From positions 1,178,001-1,242,000 of the forward strand of contig MU008167.1 of assembly GCA_010909165.1 (NCBI GenBank): DNA of 64,000 nucleotides, given 5' to 3'. Under the pieces are notes generated by a model, which saw nothing but the letters and a program-made list of their open reading frames with translations, was not told the origin of the DNA and did no database searches. The translations under genes were made by a program, and so were the position numbers. Origin of the DNA: Anthoceros angustus. Lineage: Eukaryota; Plantae; Anthocerotophyta. Below, piece by piece: positions 37,076 through 51,400 of the stretch. The number at the start of each line of letters is the position of its first letter. Positions within the stretch are counted from its first letter, which is position 1.

Positions 37076-40000
37076 GTAGGCACCCATCAGGTGATTGAAA
37101 TCCTAGAACATGATAGTGCAATGATGTGCCACTAACAGTAAATGGCATCATAGCCCTCCCTATGTGGCCAGAACATGGACCTTCCCTGAAAACTTCGACT
37201 CCAGCATCCCTTCATTATTTCCCCGTCAACACAAGGATCCAGTGTTCTTGCAGCTACAGATTCCGGGATCAGTTTGAGGAAACATGGCAGCAGCTCCAGG
37301 AGTTCAAAAGTCGACTTGAGGCTGACATCGGCTACTGACAAAAGCATATATGCCCAACTAGCTGACCAACAGCTGGTGTAAACACAAAGAGTGCATGCAA
37401 GTCTAAAGTTCCACACAGAAAGACTGCATTCACCTAAAAGGAATAACAAGGCTAAGTGCCCACGCCGTCGTACATCACCACATTGCCGTCTCCCTGGAGA
37501 GAGACGGTGCGGCTGCCGTCGTTTTGGCAACATGTGTTTGGTGGTGAAACCACTTACCGCCTTCAGTGTAGACGATGGGCTGTAAATGAGAAGGCGGAAA
37601 GAGCTGTTGGTGCCATTGAACCGACTGCCTGCACCTCGGCTTGGCAAAGCACAAGCTTGCAATCGGACTGCATCAAAAGAAAATAAGGCTCACGGATCAA
37701 TGATGCCCCATGCAGAAGCTTGAGCTTATTGCCTATGAGCAGGACATACCCTGCCTCCCCTGGCTGCTAAGCCACCAGATCCCAGAAGACCTATATCACC
37801 AGTATGAGTCTCAAAAAAGTGGACACCATTGGGACTGCGAACCTGCAGGCCTGCGAACATACAGGCCTGTTCTTCAGGCCGACTTTTAAGCAGAAGGGCA
37901 ACCTTGGCTACCTGCAGAAATGTCCTGAGCACCGTTTTGCTAAAACAGATCGTTATCATTACTGAAGGTCCACTCCCAAGCTGTAGTCCAGCATGGCCAT
38001 CCCCACTATGTACGGCAAGGTATATCACACCATAGGAGAAATGGTACAACGGGTAATACTCCGTCCTCATAAAGAGGACAATGCAGTTCCCAACGCTTCC
38101 ACAGTCGTTCCTGTTCACTGAAGTAAACGATAGATGTGGATCCACTAACTTCATCTGCAGCACGCTCCAGATACTCCTCCTGGGTGTACATGGCATATGG
38201 GGCTGCATAACTGGAACCCGTAAAGATCGGCCAAATGGCCCTCTGTTGGATTGAATGCAATGAAGTTGAAGCCCCAGTCTTGCGAATCAGAGTCAGTGAG
38301 TTCATTAAAACCCGAATTACCATCAAAAAGTTCATGAAGCTCAATGTTCCTCTCAATATCCCATTCATTGGGGTGGTCACTGACGAGCTGGTCTTGTGCA
38401 TCACGCTGTGGGCCTCGTGCTCTCGAAATCCCTGTGATCTGTAGGCAGCCAGTGAAATAACTCCTCTGGAGTTCTATGTTGAGGCCTTTGAGGTTTCAAA
38501 TCTTTACGGGAGGTCCTTCCGGGCCACTTCTTCTCTCCCTTACGCCAGACGGCCCCCGCCCCTTCGAATTCTTTTCATTGTGTGAGCAGCCTCTAAATCA
38601 ACACCAAGAACCCATCGCCGCCTCGTCTTTTATCAGGCACCACAATCCAACGAACACCAGCCAGATCGTATGGTTTCTCCAGCGAACTCTACACTGCAAT
38701 ACAGCTTAGCTAAGCTTACAGGCAGGACTGACTTTGCCCCTATAAGGAAGGAGAGATTTTATGTTCCCAACTCGTATTGAAGTTTATATATATATATATA
38801 TATATATATCATGTGTATAATTAAACATAATATTAATACAAATTTTCTAACAATAAATATACTAACTGAGATATTAAAATAAGTAACATATATATAATTT
38901 ATTTTTTGTGTATATATTATACAGATGAAATATATAATCTATAATTTATTATTTATTATTTAGCTTAATTAAATATTGACAGTAATAAATACTAGGAAAA
39001 CGGTATTCAAACGTTGTTACTTACTCCTCTGTCAATAAAAAGCTTTGATTTACTTACTCCTTTGTCAGTAAAATATTTTAATTTATGTATTTCTATTTTG
39101 AGGTGAAATATTCAAATTTGATTGATAGATTTATGTTATATAGACAAATTCAATTTTGATCGATGGATTTCTTGATCAGACACAGGTTCTTCAATCATAT
39201 ATAAACAATAAATTATCGCTTTACGTATATCAAAATATGTTTTGAATTTGATTGGTAGATTCTTTCACACCATAGGTTCATCACCAGTAAATCATCACTT
39301 TGGATTCCAAGAAAATAGTATTTGTAGTCGCTATATAGATTCTATCATGAATATTACATATTTCTTGATGCTCACATATGGAAACATTGTTCTCTATTTT
39401 GATTTGCGCCCACATGAAAATAACATGAGTGATCGGTGGAGTCCTAGAAATCCTTAAATTCTTACCATCGATTACTTGGTGGTGCACAAATAAAATTTTA
39501 TGTAAGCCATCTGACCATTCACCACCGTTTACACATTCTCTATTTAGGGTGGTGTTCAAGGTTTTGGTCGTGTGTGTGTTGTGAGGGTTGTTTAACAAGG
39601 GCTTTAGAGTTAAGGTTTAGGATTGTGCAACTAGGGTTTCCTTGATAAGTTCAATAAGGGTTTCCTTGGTAAGGTTATGAGAAGCCAACTATAGTAGTAT
39701 GATCTAGCACAACGGAGAAAATATTAAATAATATAAGAGAATGAGACTGTCTGACCACGTACCATCATCCACGTTTCTTCATTGGTTGGCGCACACATAA
39801 AAATACGGTGGGTTCTCAATAATTGGTTTTTCTTTTACCACCATCACTTCCTTTATTTCAATTGGTGCACACATAAAAATAATAGCTACTTCCTCTATTC
39901 TAATTGATGAACACATAAAAATAATAGCTACTTCCTCTATTCTAATTCATGAACATATAAAAATAATATAACTGATCCGACCACTTATCATTGTCCACGT

Positions 40001-41339
40001 TCTCTCTTTTGATTAGCGCACGCATAAAAATAATATAAATGTTCGTGGAATCTACTTGCAACTTACATGTTCGCTATTTTGATTTGTGTTGAGGTAGTGG
40101 AAAAAATTCACCGACCACTTCAATTGTATTTAATGATGGCAGAAGATCTCCGTGGACACTATTTAAGCGCTCAAATTCACTATTTAAGCGCTCAAATTCA
40201 GTGCATCTTGCATTCTTGCATTCTGACGCAATGACTTGGTTGGATGTCGCGAGGAGCTCCGGATTCAGTGGGTCTCAGTTCAGATGTGGCGAGGAGCTCC
40301 GAGGTTCTGTTGGTCTTGGTTGGATGTGGCGAGGAGCTTCGAGCTCTTGGGGTTTTGGTTTGTGTAATGAGGAAGCTACGTGCTTAGAGGAGCTTCGAGG
40401 TCTAGGGGATTTGGTCGGTGTATTGAAGAAGCTAGGTGCTTAGAAGTCTTGGTAGACTTGCAGTGAAGAAGAGATGCATAGGGATGTGAAATACATGTCT
40501 TATGAGAGGATTGCATAGAATTCAGTAGGTATTGATGTCCAGAAGGCAAAGTATTGAATGTGTGTCGCTGCCGCCGCGCAAGGGTTGCACATGCAACTAG
40601 GGTTTTCTTGGGGAGATAGAGTATGTGCAACAAGGGTTACCTAGGTGAGCCAGATTATTCTCAGTGTGTCATGAAGCCTAGGGTTGGTTGTGCAACAAGG
40701 GTTTCCTTGGTGAGATAGAGTATGTGTAATGAGGAAGCTACGTGCTTAGAGGAGCTTCGAGGTCTAGGGGATTTGGTCGGTGTATTGAAGAAGCTAGGTG
40801 CTTAGAAGTCTTGGTAGACTTGCAGTGAAGAAGAGATGCATAGGGATGTGAAATACATGTCTTATGAGAGGATTGCATAGAATTGGTGAGTATTGATGTC
40901 CGTAAGGGTATTGAATGTGTGTATAAGCTGCGGTTGCACATGCAACTAGGGTTTTCTTGGGGAGATAGAGTATGTGCAACAAGGGTTACCTAGGTGAGCC
41001 AGATTATTCTCAGTGTGTCATGAAGCCTAGGGTTGTGCAACAAGGGTTTCCTTGGTGAGATAGAGTATGTGCAACAAAGGTTACCTAGGTGAGGCAGTGT
41101 ATTTTGAGTGTGTTGTGAAGCCTAGGGTTGTGCAACAAGTTTTCTTGGTGAGGTAGAGTATGTGCAACAAGGGTTACCTAGGTGAGGCAGAGTATTCTAA
41201 GTGTGTTGTGAAGCCTAGAGTTGTGCAAAAAGGATTTCCTTGGTGAGGCAGAGTATGTGCAACAAGGGTGCCCTTGGCGAGGCAGAGTATTTTGAGTGTG
41301 TTGTGAAGCCTAGGGTTGTGCAAAAAGGATTTTCTTGGT

Positions 41340-41960
41340 TAGGCAGAGTCCGGCCTAGGGTAATGTAACAAGGGTTTCCTTTGTGAGGCAGAGTCTGGAC
41401 TAGGGTTGTACAACAAGGGTTTCCTTGGTGAGGCAGAGACCGGCCTAGGGTTATGTAACAAGGGTTTCCTTAGAGAGGCAGAGTCTGGTCTAGGGTTGTA
41501 CAATAAAGGTTTCCTTGGTGAGGTAGAGACCGGGCTAAGGTTATGTAACAAGGGTTTCCTTGGTGAAGAAGAGTCTGGTCTAGGGTTGTACAATAAGGGT
41601 TTCCTTGGTGAGGCAGAGTCTAGCCTAGGGTTGTACAATAAGGGTTTCCTTGGTAAGGAAGAGTCTGGCCTAGGGTTGTACAACAAGGGTTTCCTTAGTG
41701 AGGTAGAGACTGGCCTAGGGTTGTACAACAAGGGTTTCCTTAGTGAGGTAGAGTATGTGCAACAAGGGTTTCCTTAGTGTGGCAGTCCGCCTAGGGTTGT
41801 GCAACAAGGGTTGTACAATAAAGGTTTTCTTGGTGAGGTAGAGTCTGGCCAAGGGTTATAGAACAAGGGTTTTCTTGGTGAGGCAGAGTCTAACCTAGGG
41901 TTGTACAATAACGGTTTCCTTAGTGTGGCAGAGTCTGGCTCAGGATTGTACAACAAGGGT
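41340..41960. repeat. 45-bp satellite, second array
   Basis: Same unit as 31655-32235, followed by the ~36-38-bp array at 41.98-42.22 kb. There is also a ~360-bp direct duplication, 40365-40720 / 40727-41075. Confidence 0.95.
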
Positions 41961-43494
41961 TTTCTTGGTGAGGCCTAGTATTCAATTCGTGTATCATAAA
42001 GCTTAGGGTTGTGTATTCACTTTGTGTACCATAAAACCTAGGGTTGTGTATTTAGTCCGTGTATTATAAAGCTTAGTTAGGGGTGTGTATTCAGTTTGTG
42101 TATCATAAAAGCTAGAGTTGTGTATTCAGTTCGTATATCATAAAGCCTAGGGTTGTGTATTTAGTCTGTGTATCATAAAACCTAGAGTTGTGTATTCAGT
42201 CTATGTATCATAAAGCCTAGGCTTATGCAACAAGGATTTCCTTGGTGATTGAGAGTATGTGCAATAAGGGTTTCCTCGAAGAGGTAGAGCATATTCAGTG
42301 TGTGGTTAGACCAAGGGTTTTCTTGGTGAAGGGAAGTCCGGCCTAGGGTTATATAACAAGGGTTTCCTTGGTGAGGTGGAGTCCAGCCTAAGGTTGTACA
42401 ACAAGGGTTTGATAGGTGAGGCAGAGTATTCAATTCGGGTATCATAAAGCCTAGGGTTATGCAACAAGGCTTTTCTTGGTTAGGAGAGCTGTCCGTGTAT
42501 GTATCATGAGGGTTGTGCAACAAGTGTTCCATTCATGATGTATGCATAGCTAACTTGATATTCCTGTGTCAGTTGAATTAACATATGATATTTTGGATAT
42601 GTTATCTTACATACCTTAACTAATGATATTTTGGATAGGTTATCTTACATTTCCAACCAGCCTTCAACTAATGATATTTTGGTTGGGTTATCTTACATAC
42701 CAGTTTGTGGTTGGTTGCATCAGCCTTCAACAGATTTGTTTCAATGGGTCTGTTATTTCAAGAGATCAGTGGTTTGCATTGGAGGTGCCAACCTTGTGCT
42801 TCCCTCAAAGTCACCTCTTTGCAGTGGTATGACAAGTGACGTAATTTCAATTGAAACCCTAGCAATTTGCCATCTCATTGTTTAGAATGCCATGGCTCAT
42901 GGCAATCTCATCCGATCTGGATCACCAAGATTGATTGCGAGTGCAGGCGGGCGCTAACGACACCAACAATTGCCCTTGCGATATTCCCTCACCGATTATC
43001 TAGACACGGGCACTCTGGCAGCTTCAGACCAACTCTTTTTCAATCCTCAGGTTTCAAATTCGGGTCCGACAGTGTGCCCATCCAAGCTTCGGTAGTGAAT
43101 CCCAAGATGGGTACACTCTTGAGCTCGATCTGAGTCCTGAAGACGGAGAAGAAATGGGTCTGAAGCTGCCATATTTCCTGAGTCTGGATCCTCATGAGCT
43201 GCTCTCCTAGGGTGGTAACCAACGATATGAGCGACAAGGCTACATCCCGTCACTGTGGTTGCAGGTATCATCCGCGGAGGGCACCCACCAACGATGACAA
43301 AGCAGACACCAACGACGACAAAGCAAAGAGAGAGGGTCGCGTTCGATAGTTTGCCCACTTTGAGTTGGTCATCGCGATATTCCCTCATCGGTTATCCAGA
43401 TACGGGCACTCTGGCAGCTTCAGCTCAACTCTCTTTCATCCTCAGGGCTCGGATTGGGGTCGGCAGCAGCCATCGAGATTGCGATTATTCAATC

Positions 43495-43645
43495 CCAAGA
43501 TGGGTACACTCTTACTAACATATTCGATTCAACCCCAAGATGGGTACACTCTTGCGTATTCAATCCCAAGATGGGTACACTCTTGCGTATTCAATCCCAA
43601 GATGGGTACACTCTTGCGTATTCAATCCCGAGATGGGTACACTCT
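43495..43645. repeat. 31-bp tandem repeat x5
   Basis: Unit tattcaatcccaagatgggtacactcttgcg. Only two copies occur at the paralogous site ~33690-33745. Confidence 0.9.
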
Positions 43646-43683
43646 CGAGCTTGATCTGAATCCCGAAGGTGGAGAAGAAATGG

Positions 43684-46600
43684 TGTCACAGGAGTGACCA
43701 CTCAGAACCCTCGGTAAGCGGGCCGTGGGCGAGGACCTAAATCCATGGGCGGGGCTTGGACACCCCTCTTTTCCAGCGTCCGAGCAGAGGCGGATCTCCA
43801 GCAGCGGACCTTGACCTCGGTTCGTAATAGGCCATATACAGATAATCACCCGTGGGTAACCGATAAGTAAATAGCAGTAGTTTAGTTTCAACCGTATTAG
43901 TTAGGAATACATTCTTGTCACTAGACCGGGACCCCTATATGTACACATGATGCAAAGATCAACACGGCTTGTTCGGGCTCATTACATGGAGATCGACATT
44001 CGATCGAGGCTTGCGACATTTGGTATCGAGCCTCGTTCCCGGCATCCGGATCCTTGCGAACATGGGCTCTGGCCGAAGATGGCGGGTCCCAGGGAGGTGG
44101 AGATCTCACGAATCTCCGGTGGCGGCGAGGATGAACGACCCTCGAAGGATTGGTGGCCGAGTGCGCCGGTGGCGGCACCGATCCCCTCCCGTGGCTGGCA
44201 GGAGATCAGGAGTCCTCGGGGAGCTGCGGCGACAGAAGGACCGTCGAGAGGCGGAACAAGATCGCCCTCCGGCGGCAGGCGGCGGCGAGCAGCGCGGCGG
44301 CGAGCCTACGGAGGAAGGTGGCGAGGCGGGCGCCCGCGAGCAGGATGGCGGATTATGCCAGATCACGCGCGCGCCGGGCGGCAGCAAGCCGGGACGACCG
44401 CCTCCCGCCAGCGGCGCCTGCAAACACCGGCCACCCACCAATCGGACACGGCCGATGAAGCTGCGGCAGAACGGATCGGCGGATCGGCCAGGACCGCCGT
44501 TGGCAAACACGCACCTCGGAACTCGAAAGAACTGCATCCGATTCACTGGCCGTCAGGGACACGGATCACGAGGTTGTGGAGCGGCCCTAAATCGGGTTGA
44601 AGCGGGTGGGAGGTCGAGCCGCCTCGAGCGCCGGAGTGCTCCGGGCCCTCGATCCGGCCGCACGCAAGCCATGTGCGGTCGGTCCCAGCCAACACCGCTA
44701 GCGCCTGACCCGCGGCTCACCGCTTGGCAACAATGTCGACATGCCACACAGGCTCGGTCGGCGGCAACGTGAGAAGAAGGCGTGGCGGTCAATGACCCAA
44801 CCCGGAGTATGGGAGGATCACCTCCGGAAGTTGGTGGTCGGCTGCTTGCCGAGAGAGGAGAACAAGGACATCAAAGCCCTTGTTAGCACAACTCCGCTAT
44901 GAACAGGAGGCCCAAAGGCGGGGCTTACCAAGACCGGTGGAATCCATGGGGGCGACCCCATCTTCAAGCCGGGCTCGGTGGATAAGGAGCTCCAAAGGAA
45001 AATCCGCACCACCACATTCAACGGAAATGAGAAAAGGCGCCCAAGCGGTACATGGCGGCTTGATAAGCTAGACAAGTACGAGTGCCACGGAAAAGGATGA
45101 CCGAAGATCCAATTTTGTGTGATGTCTCTCGAAGGATAAACTAGGTGGTGGAGGCGGGGAGAAGCGGTCGAGTTGGGCATGGGCTCCAATCTACACACAG
45201 CCCACGTTCGCGGTCTTCTTGGAGCACTTCACCGATTAACCATCGGCGAATTATATCATCAATTACGGAAGATTGGCAGAAGCTGTCACAGAGTATTGTG
45301 ACAAGTTTCTCAACTCACCTTGGATATGCCTCGCCTCGACGAAGCGAAGATTGAAAAATTCATTGATGGACTCAAGCCCGACCTCACGCGTCAACGGGAA
45401 TCCGGAACCACGGTGGGCGCCATGAAGGCGCCATAAACTATGGCGTAACAAGTAAGCGAGCAGCGACCACCACCAGGCGAGATGGGGTCGCATCGATGCG
45501 AGAAAAGAAACCGTCTTCAAGATCGCGGAGGAGGAGAGGAAAAGTATCATGAGCGCCACATGTGCACCTCGGCGAACGGCTCAAGACTGTCCTCACCGTC
45601 GCGACTTCATCAAGTGGCTAAAGGAGGCCGGCGGACCACCGCCGCTCCGCCTCCTCGGCTCCAGCGTGAAGAGTGGCCACTCCGTCAAGATTGAAGAGGT
45701 GGCCGACACCACGAAATCGGTGGCGGCCTCCTCCAAGCTTTGCCGCGGTGCGCCGATACATGTGACTGAACCATGTCCCCATCAAGCTGCAGTCAAGTCA
45801 CAAGGTGTGTGGACATGCGTGCCCACCACTACATGACCCGCGGCCGCCTCGTGGCCGGGCTGCACATACAAGACACGGGACATGAGTCCCAGAGTTACGG
45901 CCTGACACCGGATACGGGAATACAAAGACTCGCTGGTCACCTTCCGGGCGGATATGAAATTCTTGATTCACCGTCATGCCCATGCTGTGACCTCATTATC
46001 GGCAAACTCGCTCGCCAAAGACTCCACCAACATCGATCGGCAAACAACAGTTAGCCAAAGCCAAAGACGACGTCATGTCGGAGACAAGTACGTGCTTGAC
46101 AAACACCTCAAAGCCACCGCCTGTGCAGCCTTCAGACGTAGCAAGACTAAAGAAAGTCTTACCTTTGGAGGCACCCCGAGTCCGTGCGGCCAAGGCACAA
46201 GCGGACGAGGATGCCCTACCGCCGAGATGAAGGAACCGCAGAGTATGGATCTTCGCCGTGCCCACAGAGCTGCCACCACGCAGGGCCATAGATCACGCCA
46301 TCGAGCCGATCCTCGCCACAAACTAGTATCCCGCCGCCTCGTGACATCCGCAGGGAAATGAAGAGATAAAGCGGCAAGTTGACGAGTTCCTCCAACGGGG
46401 TTCGTGAGCTTGATCTCACCTTTTGGCGCCCAGCCCTTCCGTGGAAAGCCCGATGATGTTGGCTCGATCGATGGCCTCAATCGAGCCACAATGAAATGTA
46501 TATCGATGCCCCGGGTGGATGAGATCTTTGGATCAAGCGCATGGAGCAAAATACTTCACAAAGATTGACTTACGCCAGCTTCCATCGGATCCGCATCCGG

Positions 46601-49296
46601 CGGGGCAGTACAAGATTTTCGTAACTCGACACGGACACTTGAGTTTGTGGTCATGCCGCTCGCCTCACAAAGCGCCCGCCACCTTTCAATGTCTAATGCA
46701 GAACTCCTCCGCCCCTTCTCGGCCATGGCGTTGAAGTTTTCGACGACATACTCATCCACATCCGACCACCACTACTGTTGGTCGACAAGTATTTGAGACA
46801 CTCAACACACAAGCTATTCGCCAAAGCAGCAAGTGTGTGTTTTTTCGCAGAGCGAATACCTCGGTCATATAATCCCCACGCATCCGAGTGGATACCAGGA
46901 AGATTCGGCACTCCGACCGTCACGCCCGAGATCTCACACACTCCGGGTTCCTAGGTATGGCTGGATTCTACGGAGGTTCGTCGAGACTTGAAGATTGCGC
47001 TCCCTCGATGCCCTCCGCCACCGCATCCAAGGAATTACAACTAGGTCGGACGGCCTTCCTCAAACTCAAGATGCAGACTCCGCAGATTGCCGTGGCCAAC
47101 CCGCACTCACCTTATGTGATACACACAGATGCCGACTACGCCATTGGAGCAGCTTCCCAAGATGGCGGGTTATCGCATATGAATCAAAGAAGGCAGCACA
47201 GTGAACTACGCGTTCACGATAAAGAAATGTTCGCGATCGTCACGCATCGAACTCGAGGCACTACCGGGCCGCCAAGACTTCACATGCCACCGACCATCAT
47301 TCACTTCAACATTTCTTCGCCAAACTTGAATGCGCCAACGACGCCTAATACCGCCGATTTCAACTTCGACATCCGCTATGTTGCGGGCCCTCGAACGCCG
47401 ATGCCCTCACCACGGGCGCACTCATGACAACGGGACACCATCCGCCGTGCGGAAGCTCTCCGCAGACCTCTCGTCAGTACCAAGAATTACTTGCGCATGT
47501 GGCCCCACCCACCATGCAAGAGTACACAATCAAGGATGCTTGCACAGTATAAGAAGGGCGCTTGGTCATCCCTTCGCAGCCACCGACATCAAGAAAGCAA
47601 TCCTACATGATCTCCACGAGCCCCGCGCGGACATCTCGGCGTGGATAAGACATACGCCCGTTAAGGAACATTTTATTGGGATGGCCTCCAGCGACGCCAT
47701 CAAGCGGGTGCGGTCTTGTACCTCCCGGCCAATGTGCCAAGACCGACAATCGAAATCGCCAGTGTTGCTCCCACTACCAATCCCTCTGTGTAGGTTCGAA
47801 TCCATCTCCATGGATTTCATTACTCACCGCCTGTGACCAGCGGAAAGAATAAGATCTGGGTCGTCATGGACCGACTCTCCAAGACCATTTCATCCCACCA
47901 CACATACCACAGACCCAAGTGCCTATTCCTACGGAAATATTGATCGCATGGTATTCCTCCAAGATTGTCTCCGACCGAGACACCAAGTTCATACCGGATT
48001 CGAAATGCTCACAGAGTCCCCAAGATCGAACTTATCATCGCCTTGCCATCCCGAATCAAATGGGTAAACAAAAAAATGTAACCAAGTACTCGAAGACATG
48101 CTCGGACACTTCACCCATGAGAAACAAGGCAACTGGAAATTATGTTACCTTTGCTCGAGTATGCATACAACACCTCAAAGCACGCAGCCACCGGGTGGCG
48201 CCCTTCAAGCTTCTTTATGGATCATGCCGCCACCTCCGCCTCGCCCTCACAGACAAATGGGCCAGAATCGCCGAGGACGTGTATCATGAGGTTCAAGAAG
48301 CCCGCAAGAAACTATCTCGGCAGATCAGACAAGAAGTGCGCCAACAAACACCGCAGAAGTGGCTTCATGTAAGGTATGGTCAGAGGCGCTCACCCAGATC
48401 CTCACTCATCCAAATTAAGGGAAGCTCACCTACCGATTTGGACCCTTTGAGATCACCAGATCAATCCGGCATATACCACCGCATCGGAAGATCCGCAAGA
48501 CCTTCCACGATCGATGCTCAAGCGATCGTCACCCGAGCTCCACACCTGCCAAGACCCAACAGACTGATCCGGATACCCTCACCCAGAGCCCGCCGACTCA
48601 ACACGGCCTCCACCAACTCACCGGCCACACCGATCGACTGGCCCTTCCAGATCCGACTCGCCAGACCACACTCGGCGGTCCCTAGCTCACCGCCCGCCGC
48701 CACCACCCCGCAGGCCCCATCCGTCACCACCGACACCAAGAACCCGACCGCCACATGTGGACCCAACCGCATCCTCGGGTTAGATATCGTAGCTGCAGAC
48801 TGACCGATTGCTTGGTAGGTTGGTCCAACGGCCGACGCCCTAGCTACTTGGGAACCCCTCCGTGTCAGCCCCGCAGCTCAACAGCTCCAAGGTCCGGAGG
48901 ACCAGCCTCGCTAAGTGGGGAGAATGTCACAGAGTGACCACTGTAACCTCACCGCACGGGTCAGGACCAGGACCAGCTAAGTCCATGGGCGAGGACCGGC
49001 TAAGTCCATGGGCGGCGGCTTGGACACCCCTCTTTTCAAGGTCCGAACGGGGAGACGGATCTCCAACTAAGACGGACAACTGCACGCTGTCCGTAATAGG
49101 CCATATAACAGATAATCACCCGTGGGTAAACCAAAGATAAGTAAATAGCCGTAGTTTAGTTTCAACCGTATTAGTTAGGAATACATTCTTGTCACTAGAC
49201 CAGACCCCTATATGTACACATGATGCAAAGATCAACACGGCTTGTTCCAGGCTCATTCGCAACCGAGATCTGACATTCCGATCGAGGCTTGCGACA
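43684..49296 (+). mobile_element. Ty3/gypsy LTR retrotransposon, chromovirus type, degenerate
   Basis: LTRs at 43684-44018 and 48925-49296 (TGTCACA...GCGACA), flanked by a perfect AATGG TSD. PBS tggtatc(-)gagc at ~44021 and PPT aagtggggagaa at 48913-48924. RT KYFTKIDLRQ, KAPATFQ, FDDILIH; RNase H PYVIHTDA; integrase ESISMDFIT, IVSDRDTKF, LPLLEYAYNTS. A chromodomain relic LVGWSN..ATWEP lies at ~48810-48860. Many small deletions. Confidence 0.95.
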
Positions 49297-49369
49297 AATG
49301 GGTCCGAAGCTGCCATATTTCCCGAGTCTGGATCCTCATGAGCTGCTCAAATCCTAGGTTGGTAACCGA

Positions 49370-49437
49370 TGACATCAACGACATCAACGACATCAACGAC
49401 ATCAACGACATCAACGACATCAACAACATCAACGACA
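49370..49437. repeat. 9-bp microsatellite (GACATCAAC) x~7
   Basis: Directly visible. The paralogous site at ~33852-33866 has about one unit. Confidence 0.95.
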
Positions 49438-50939
49438 TGGGGATGTAGGCTCAAATCCTAGGTTGGTAATCGACGATATCAACGACAAGGCTACATCCCT
49501 GATTGTGGTTGCACGTATCATCCGCGAAGGGTACTACCCACCGACGATGACAAAGCAGAGAGAGATAGGGACTATTCGGATTTGGACCGTGTGGGAGTCC
49601 CACAAGTATTTTTCTTCCTCCTCCGGGTCGCATCCGATAGTTTTCCCACTTGAGTTGGCCGGGCATATCGTGATAGTGGGATATTCAACCCGAGATGGGC
49701 ATACTTTTGGGCTCGATCTGGGTCTCAAGGACGAAGAGGGCTGCGTCTTGGCTGGGCGAATAAGGGTCCCGGATCCTCTGAGCTACGGAGAATGTTCACC
49801 CCATCAGAGTAGCATACATTATGCTCATTTCCTGGATTCGTGAAGTACCACAAAGTCGAATCTCGGCAAATCGATTTGAATCAGCCACCTTGGAATCGAT
49901 TTGAATCAATCACCTTGGAATCGATTTGAATCAGCCACCTTGGAGTGAGCCAGGTAATTCCAGCTCACGCATACATGCATCTCCATTTTTCTGGCACAAA
50001 TTTAATCAAGACTTTCCGGGATTGTTGAATAGAACAGAGTCTACGCAATATCGGCGGATTCCATTGAAACGGGCTGCTGGCAATAAGGTAGTAGACTTTC
50101 CCATCATCATATCTATAGAAAAGCGTGTCTTAGAAAACCATATACGTTATTGCGGGTATTGAACACATGTAGCGTCCACTATTCGATGGCAGTGCAGTAG
50201 AACGTGGCAAAATATATTCTCGTGTTTGAATTCATTCCTTCAAAACTCTAGAAAATGTGCGGGGACTGGAACTGGTGGATGCGTTTGAACTTGCGTCCGA
50301 CACGCCGTTCTTATCATGTGTCCCAATCTACAAATAAAGTCGAACTGGATAGAGATACTTTTTTGGCTGATTTGGTGGCTTTTACTTGGATTGGCTGTGA
50401 TATCTAATTTCATTTCGCTTTTTTTTTTTCCCTATTTTGAAATCCATTATTTTGGTTTGCAAAAACAAGGACAATCTACTCTAACATAATGGCATTTTTT
50501 GTCATGTATCGTCATTTTGTGTGCTAAGGATGTGAACTAGGTTATGCCGTTTGGTTCTATGGCGGAACGAACGAACGATCCACTCCTTGAAGAGATGCGG
50601 CAGTCAACCGGCGCACACCTTGCCCACAGTCCATTACTAGCCGGAGTCCTGGTACAACTCAAAAACTATCCACAGTCCATTACTAGCCGGAGTCCTGATA
50701 CAACTCAAAAACTATCAATCTCTACCACGTGAACCATTTTCATTGAGGGTTTCAAGATCTTCGCCTTCTGATGCGACAGCTTCTGCAGCGCCATCATCCG
50801 CAACGTCATTTTCTTCCATATGTTCTGGAGCTTCCTCCTGCACAAAGTTCAAAACGTACATGTTTTTCTGTATTATGGTTTTGGTTCTTGCATTTGTTGC
50901 TTCTGTTTTGTTAGAGAAAACCCGTATGCCAAGATGAAT

Positions 50940-51400
50940 CACTACTAGGAAAAGTATACTTTTACCACGGACATTATTACGGACTTTACAACGGTCATTA
51001 CTACTCCCGTAGTAAAACATCAGTAGTAAACACATAGCGTTATTGTCCGTGGTAAAGTCCAGTACCGTATATGATGGCTATACTCTGTATTCTATATGAA
51101 GTATGTACAGAATACGTTACTGAAGTCTACCGTATAATAGTTAATCTTTAAATTACCATACCTTTTACCAGGGTATTTACTACGATGAACAACCACGGAC
51201 TTTACTACTAGCCTAATCGTGGTTAAAAATAATGGTTAGTTGACCGAGATTAGCTAACTACAATATATTAACCACAGTTAAATGAGTGGGTTTGGTTAAT
51301 CACGGTTAAGTAATCCGCCAGTCCATAGTAAATTTCCGCTGGGTACCATTGTAAATCTCTCCGTTGTAGAAAAAGACCCTTATTAAATTTTATAGTAAAT
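50940..51400 (+). mobile_element. CACTA-like DNA transposon terminus
   Basis: Starts CACTACTAGGAAAAG, close to the En/Spm TIR CACTACAAGAAAA. It is followed by short subterminal repeats in both orientations (ttaccacggac, ccgtggtaaa, aaccacggac, tcgtggttaa). The opposite end was not found in the window. Confidence 0.55.

Noticed and set aside
37726-38444. Coding-like minus-strand ORFs
   Set aside because: They look like a frameshifted gene relic, but I recognise no family motif.
24486-42500. Regularly spaced repeats (99-bp, 45-bp, 36-38-bp) as CRISPR arrays
   Set aside because: They are head-to-tail units with no unique spacers, no cas genes and a eukaryotic context.
43921-44792. Long overlapping GC-rich ORFs (also 15418-16139 and 17972-18662)
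   Set aside because: They lie inside retrotransposon leader or linker regions, where high GC suppresses stop codons in all frames.
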